Below, piece by piece: positions 59,176 through 64,000 of a stretch of DNA of 64,000 nucleotides (position 1 is its first letter; each line of letters starts with the position of its first letter). The position numbers and the translations under genes are program-made. The notes under the pieces were generated by a model. The model ran no database searches, was not told the origin of the DNA, and saw only the letters and a list, made by a program, of their open reading frames with translations. Source of the DNA: Candidatus Latescibacterota bacterium (GTDB taxonomy: Bacteria > Latescibacterota > UBA2968 > GCA-2709665); the NCBI GenBank assembly GCA_963662665.2, contig CAXXJS010000020.1, forward strand, positions 64,001 through 128,000, given 5' to 3'.

Positions 59176-61116
59176 ATGCTCATTACCGACCTGCAGACCG
59201 AACATCGAGAATACTGCAACAGCCTTACCGGGTACAGCCGTTACCGGACGCGGGAAGTGGGCATCGGCGGCATTTACCTTGGCGGGGACAATCCCATCCG
59301 CATACAGTCGATGACGACGACGGATACCATGGATACGCTCGCCACGGTTGAGCAGTCCATCCGGATCATTGAAGCGGGGGCGGACTACGTGCGCATCACA
59401 GCACCCAGCCAGCACGACGCGCGCAACCTTGAAGCGATCAGAAATGAACTCCGCGCAAGGGGGTATGAGGCACCGTTGATCGCAGACATTCACTACACGC
59501 CCAATGCGGCTGAGATCGCTGCCCGGATTGTCGAGAAGGTGAGGGTCAATCCGGGCAACTACGCCGACAAGAAAAAATTTCAGATCGTTGAATACACCGA
59601 CGAGCAATACGCGGCCGAGATAGAACGCATCCGGGTGAAATTCACGCCGCTGGTAAACGTCTGCAAAGAATACGGTACTGCCATGCGCATCGGCGCCAAC
59701 CACGGCTCCCTGTCGGACCGCATCATGAGCCGGTTCGGCGATACGCCATTGGGGATGGTCGAATCAGCACTGGAATTCGCGCGTATCTGCGCCGACCTGG
59801 GCTACCACGAGATCGTCCTGTCCATGAAAGCCAGCAATCCCCAGGTCATGATTCAGGCCTACCGCCTCCTGGTCAACCGCATGGAAGCCGAGGGTTTCAA
59901 TTATCCGCTTCACCTCGGCGTCACAGAGGCAGGCGAAGGCGAAGACGGCCGCATCAAGTCCGCCGTAGGCATTGGCGCACTTCTGGAAGACGGCCTGGGC
60001 GATACCGTTCGCGTCTCTCTAACCGAAGATCCCGAAGCCGAGATTCCCGTTTGTATCCGCCTGGTCGAAAGATACGCCATCCGGCCGGGTCATCCCTCGA
60101 TCCCCCCGATCGTCCGGAACCCGATTGACCCGTATTCCTATGCCCGGCGGCAATCCCGGCCCGTGGACCGGCTGGGCGGCGAGAATGTACCGGTCGTGAT
60201 CCTCACACCTGGATACCCGGCGTCTCCGGAGAACCTGTCACCCATCGGCTATCAATACGACGCCGGGCTGGACAAATGGAATATCGCGGACATGGCGCCG
60301 GACTTCATCTATCTGGGCAGCCGGGACATCGACTTCGGCCTGCCGGGAACCCTCGGAAAAATCCTTGATTCCGGCACCTGGCGCGCCAACCCCGATGCAT
60401 CGAACGCCTATCCGTTGTTCGATCTGGCCGCCTTTCAGGACGATCCTTATCGCTCCGCACGTCTGAATTTCGTCCTCGCCGAACCCAATGACCTCAACCC
60501 GGCCGCGTTGGATACGCTTCAGCAGGCCGCCAACTGCGTGCTCATCCTGCAGACCGATAATCCGCACGCCATGCCCGATATGCGCCGGGCCATGATTGAA
60601 CTCCTGGAACGTGAAATCCGGATTCCCGTCATATTCAGAAGGGAATACCGGAACATCCACAACGACGCGCTCATGCTGCACGGCGCCATCGACACCGGCG
60701 GGCTGCTCACCGACGGCCTCGGCGACGGTATCTGGCTGTCGTCGCCCGACGCTGATCCCGGTGACCTCAACCGGCTCTCGTTCGGTATCCTTCAGGCAAC
60801 GCGCACGCGCATCTCGAAAACCGAGTATATCTCCTGCCCTTCTTGCGGACGCACCCTCTTCGACCTGCAGGAAACCACCGCCCTGATTCGCAATCGCACC
60901 AACCACCTTAAAGGCGTCAAAATTGGCATTATGGGGTGCATCGTCAACGGCCCCGGAGAAATGGCCGACGCGGACTACGGCTACGTCGGCAGCGGTCCGG
61001 GTCAGATCACGCTGTACCGCGGCAGGGAGATCGTCAAACGTAACGTCCCCACAGCCGTTGCGGTCAATGAACTGATTGAACTGATCAGGGAAGACGACCG
61101 GTGGGTGGATGCCTGA
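59176..61116 (+). CDS. ispG: (E)-4-hydroxy-3-methylbut-2-enyl-diphosphate synthase, long three-domain form
   Basis: IQSMT, PL.ADIH, R.NPGN, RIG.NHGSL, LHLGVTEAG, GDT.RVSL, CPSCGR, MGC.VNGPGE. Confidence 0.96.
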   Translation: MLITDLQTEHREYCNSLTGYSRYRTREVGIGGIYLGGDNPIRIQSMTTTDTMDTLATVEQSIRIIEAGADYVRITAPSQHDARNLEAIRNELRARGYEAPLIADIHYTPNAAEIAARIVEKVRVNPGNYADKKKFQIVEYTDEQYAAEIERIRVKFTPLVNVCKEYGTAMRIGANHGSLSDRIMSRFGDTPLGMVESALEFARICADLGYHEIVLSMKASNPQVMIQAYRLLVNRMEAEGFNYPLHLGVTEAGEGEDGRIKSAVGIGALLEDGLGDTVRVSLTEDPEAEIPVCIRLVERYAIRPGHPSIPPIVRNPIDPYSYARRQSRPVDRLGGENVPVVILTPGYPASPENLSPIGYQYDAGLDKWNIADMAPDFIYLGSRDIDFGLPGTLGKILDSGTWRANPDASNAYPLFDLAAFQDDPYRSARLNFVLAEPNDLNPAALDTLQQAANCVLILQTDNPHAMPDMRRAMIELLEREIRIPVIFRREYRNIHNDALMLHGAIDTGGLLTDGLGDGIWLSSPDADPGDLNRLSFGILQATRTRISKTEYISCPSCGRTLFDLQETTALIRNRTNHLKGVKIGIMGCIVNGPGEMADADYGYVGSGPGQITLYRGREIVKRNVPTAVAVNELIELIREDDRWVDA

Positions 61117-61235
61117 ACGCCGTTCGCGCCGGCCCCGACAGTCGACATCCCCGCCGTCCGGTGTTTACACCGGCTTCATCGCGTTGGCGTTTCCGCAACG
61201 CTGTTTTTGTTTCAACCCGACTGGTAACCCGTGAC

Positions 61236-63050
61236 ATGGTCCGCATACCTGAAGATACCGTCGAACAGATTCGAAACTCCGTGGATATCGTCGACGTCAT
61301 TTCCGAATTTGTCGCGCTCAACAAACGGGGCAAGAGCTATCTGGGGCTCTGCCCGTTTCACGACGACCGGACCCCCTCGCTTAACGTCTCCCAGGAGAAA
61401 CAGATTTACAAGTGTTTCTCCTGCGGCGCGGGAGGTAATGCATTCAGGTTCCTGATGGATCTCGAACGCATCAGTTTCATCGAATCCGTACGTAAGCTCG
61501 CGGATCAGGTTGGCATCGTACTGCCGGAATCCAAGGCCGGAAATCCTGCCGAAAAGGACACCAACGACGAAGTCTACAGGACCGTGGAATTCGCACAGAA
61601 GTATTTCCGCCACATGCTGATGCGCCACGCGTCCGGCGAGGGCGCACGCGATTATCTCATCACCCGCGGCGTCTCCGAATCCGCGATGGATGCGTTCCGT
61701 CTGGGATACGCCACCAAAGCCTGGGACGGCCTGCTCAACGCGGCCGGCGGGCGCGGTTTCAGCGCACAGATGCTCGAGCGGGCCGGACTCGTTACACACC
61801 GCGGGGACGGCCGATACTACGACCGCTTTCGCCACCGCGTGATCTTTCCCATCGAATCGCACACGGGCCGGACCGTCGCTTACGGCGCCCGCGCCCTCGA
61901 TCCGGAACAACAGCCCAAATACCTGAACTCTCCGGAGACCCCCATCTACAACAAGAGCGCCACGCTTTACGGCCTCTGGAAGAACCGGGAACCTATCCGT
62001 TCAACCCGGACGGCGGTTGTCGTCGAAGGTTACATGGACCTCGTTGCGCTGGCTCAGTTCGATATCCGCAACGTTGTCGCCTCGTCCGGAACCGCGCTCA
62101 CTCCGGAACATGCGCGTCTGCTCAAGCGGTACGCGGACCTGGCCGTTCTCGTTTTCGACGGCGACGCGGCCGGTACCGCCGCCACCGTCCGTGGTATCGG
62201 CGCACTGGTGGAATCGGGGCTGGAAATTCGCGTGGTCACACTCGACGGCGATCAGGATCCGGACAGCTTCGTCAGGCAGCGGGGTTCGGACGGCTTTAAC
62301 GAATTGACCGAAACCGCTGCGCCGATTATGGACTTTCTCTTCGATTGGGTGCGGTCGCGGGAAGACCTGTCCACGTCGGACGGCAAGACACGTGCCGTTG
62401 AAACCATTTCAGAATTCGTTGCACGCGCGAAGGACAGTACCCGAAGGCGTTTCCTGACTCGGGAAATTGCGGAAAAGCTACAGGTCGAGGAAGCCATCGC
62501 AATCCAGGCGGTCCAGCGCGCGGCGCGTTTCGGAACGGGAAGACGATCGGCAGACGCGGCCGAGACAATATCCGATTCGAGTTCTTTCGATCCCCGCCCA
62601 AGAATGGAGCGGGAACTGATCACGATGATGATGGCGGACGATCGCACGGCCGACACGGTGCTTGCGCAGATTGACGGACGCCATTTCAGCAACGGCGTGT
62701 ACCGCCGGATCGCGGGTATGATCGGGGCGGCGCGAAAGGAGGGGCGGACCGCAGCCGCCGCGTCTCTGCTGAATCGGTGCGAGGACGCCGGCCTGGCCAG
62801 TATCGTATCGGCGCTGTCCATGGAAACCGGCATTCTCAACCCGGAGGCGCAGGTCCCGCTCCAGGATTATCTCACAAGAATGCAGCTCAAGGCCCTGGAC
62901 GCGCGCATCGATGCCCTGGAGTCGCAGCTTCGCAAGGGTGATGTCGGAGCGGATCCGATGGCAATGATGGCCGAACACAAAGATCTGACCCGAAAACGCA
63001 ATGCGCTGTTCGCAGTCCGGCACGGATCAACCCAAACAACACCGCGTTAA
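61236..63050 (+). CDS. dnaG: DNA primase
   Basis: CPFH...PS...CFSC zinc finger, DRFR.R..FPI, KYLNSPET, VEGYMD, FDGD.AG, DPD; ATG 61236. Confidence 0.96.
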   Translation: MVRIPEDTVEQIRNSVDIVDVISEFVALNKRGKSYLGLCPFHDDRTPSLNVSQEKQIYKCFSCGAGGNAFRFLMDLERISFIESVRKLADQVGIVLPESKAGNPAEKDTNDEVYRTVEFAQKYFRHMLMRHASGEGARDYLITRGVSESAMDAFRLGYATKAWDGLLNAAGGRGFSAQMLERAGLVTHRGDGRYYDRFRHRVIFPIESHTGRTVAYGARALDPEQQPKYLNSPETPIYNKSATLYGLWKNREPIRSTRTAVVVEGYMDLVALAQFDIRNVVASSGTALTPEHARLLKRYADLAVLVFDGDAAGTAATVRGIGALVESGLEIRVVTLDGDQDPDSFVRQRGSDGFNELTETAAPIMDFLFDWVRSREDLSTSDGKTRAVETISEFVARAKDSTRRRFLTREIAEKLQVEEAIAIQAVQRAARFGTGRRSADAAETISDSSSFDPRPRMERELITMMMADDRTADTVLAQIDGRHFSNGVYRRIAGMIGAARKEGRTAAAASLLNRCEDAGLASIVSALSMETGILNPEAQVPLQDYLTRMQLKALDARIDALESQLRKGDVGADPMAMMAEHKDLTRKRNALFAVRHGSTQTTPR

Positions 63051-63100
63051 CCATAAAAAGCTTGTCCTTTCTGCAAGATCGTGTAAATTTCCCGGTTACC

Positions 63101-63177
63101 GGGCCCTTAGCTCAGTTGGTTAGAGCGGCGGACTCATAATCCGTTGGTCGCAGGTTCGAGTCCTGCAGGGCCCACCA
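63101..63177 (+). tRNA. tRNA with CAT anticodon, most likely tRNA-Ile2 (lysidine type)
   Basis: GGGCCCT acceptor stem, D loop TAGCTCAGTTGGTTAGAGC, anticodon loop CTCATAA, GGTTCGAGTCC, encoded CCA; resembles Ile2 tRNAs. Confidence 0.92.
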
Positions 63178-63186
63178 GAAAATCAA

Positions 63187-63220
63187 AGAGGGAGTCCGAA
63201 GATCCATCGGCTCCCTCTCT
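63187..63220. terminator. hairpin after the tRNA, between convergent genes
   Basis: AGAGGGAG-TCCGA...TCGG-CTCCCTCT. Confidence 0.5.
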
Positions 63221-63264
63221 GACTTTCAAGGCAGGAATACCTGCCTCGACCGCGGTTTCCGAGG

Positions 63265-63921
63265 TCAGAAATCATCAACCGCTGCAGAAGATGAATCTTT
63301 GTCCACGCGATCGGGGCATTCGCTCACGGGTATTTTGCAAAACCCGCATTCCCCGTAACTTGGAACCCTTCTGGATGGTACATTCGATGCCAGCCTGCGT
63401 ATCAGTTCGGAAAATCGCTCGACGAATTTGCCATCGACAGCCGATGACGGGACAGAGACCTCCCGCTCTCCGTAAACAACCCGCCCCTCAAGAACAACAT
63501 CCTTGTATTTCTCGGGAAACGCTTTGGAAACGGCATACATGTAAAGCATTACCTGAACGTGGTCTGATGTCCTGGGTTGACCCGTCTTGATGTCGACAAT
63601 GATGCCGTGATTTCCCTTCACCGCGATTAAATCGGGCTTTCCCCCAACCGTCGCTGTCCTTCCCTTGAGGTGGAAGGAATTCTGAGACTCGGTTGACACG
63701 TCAAAGCCTCTGCCTTCAAGCATTTCCTGGTACTTATTTCTCGCCGCCGTATGTTCGATTAACCAGGCGGTCGAATCGAAATCACCAGGCAACGCAGTCC
63801 AGCTCTTCCTGTCATGCTGGGCCTGAAACCAGCCGGCCCACTCGCATGACGCTTCGCCCGTAAGCAACTTCGTCAACCACGTCACCCAGATATACGGTAG
63901 ACCAGGTCTTTTTTCCGCCAT
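63265..63921 (-). CDS. PD-(D/E)xK nuclease, Cas4/RecB-like
   Basis: N-terminal Cys (CEW), GKPDL, IVDIKTG, QVMLY, C-terminal CGFC-x6-C; the frame stays open to the window edge. Confidence 0.8.
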   Translation of the reverse strand: MAEKRPGLPYIWVTWLTKLLTGEASCEWAGWFQAQHDRKSWTALPGDFDSTAWLIEHTAARNKYQEMLEGRGFDVSTESQNSFHLKGRTATVGGKPDLIAVKGNHGIIVDIKTGQPRTSDHVQVMLYMYAVSKAFPEKYKDVVLEGRVVYGEREVSVPSSAVDGKFVERFSELIRRLASNVPSRRVPSYGECGFCKIPVSECPDRVDKDSSSAAVDDF

Positions 63922-64000
63922 CTTCCTCTCACTTTCGAAGCGCTCGATCGCATTGCGCCTATCTACGAGACAATATCCCCCTGGCGTATTTGCGATCCGA

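Noticed and set aside
63265-63921. CRISPR-Cas locus
   Set aside because: No repeat-spacer array and no cas1 or cas2 in the window.

Overview
GC-rich bacterial chromosomal window, densely coding, with about 43 CDSs and one tRNA. No CRISPR array, rRNA, transposase or prophage is visible. The porY-porX-tsaE block, long-form IspG, tandem-fused UvrA and rpsU-cvpA-mutS2-ispG-dnaG order suggest an FCB-superphylum organism, possibly Latescibacterota- or Gemmatimonadota-like (inference only). Main observations: (1) three paralogous ABC half-transporters share an extra N-terminal cytoplasmic domain plus a CxxC-x10-CxxC zinc ribbon, and they pair with DUF1854 genes at two separate loci, with no cyanophycin synthetase in view; (2) two copies of a 153/167-bp TTAA-bounded MITE-like element both sit just upstream of a gene in the same relative orientation; (3) rqcH is head-to-head with an atypical ClpX lacking the Zn-binding domain and RKH loop, with mutS2 nearby; (4) a GAACAWTTGTATA motif resembling an SOS box overlaps the predicted promoters of both uvrA and an uncharacterised Rieske protein; (5) an orphan RND permease with extra helices is translationally coupled to queC; (6) a Cas4-like nuclease follows tRNA-Ile2. 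All calls come from reading motifs by eye; no database searches were run.
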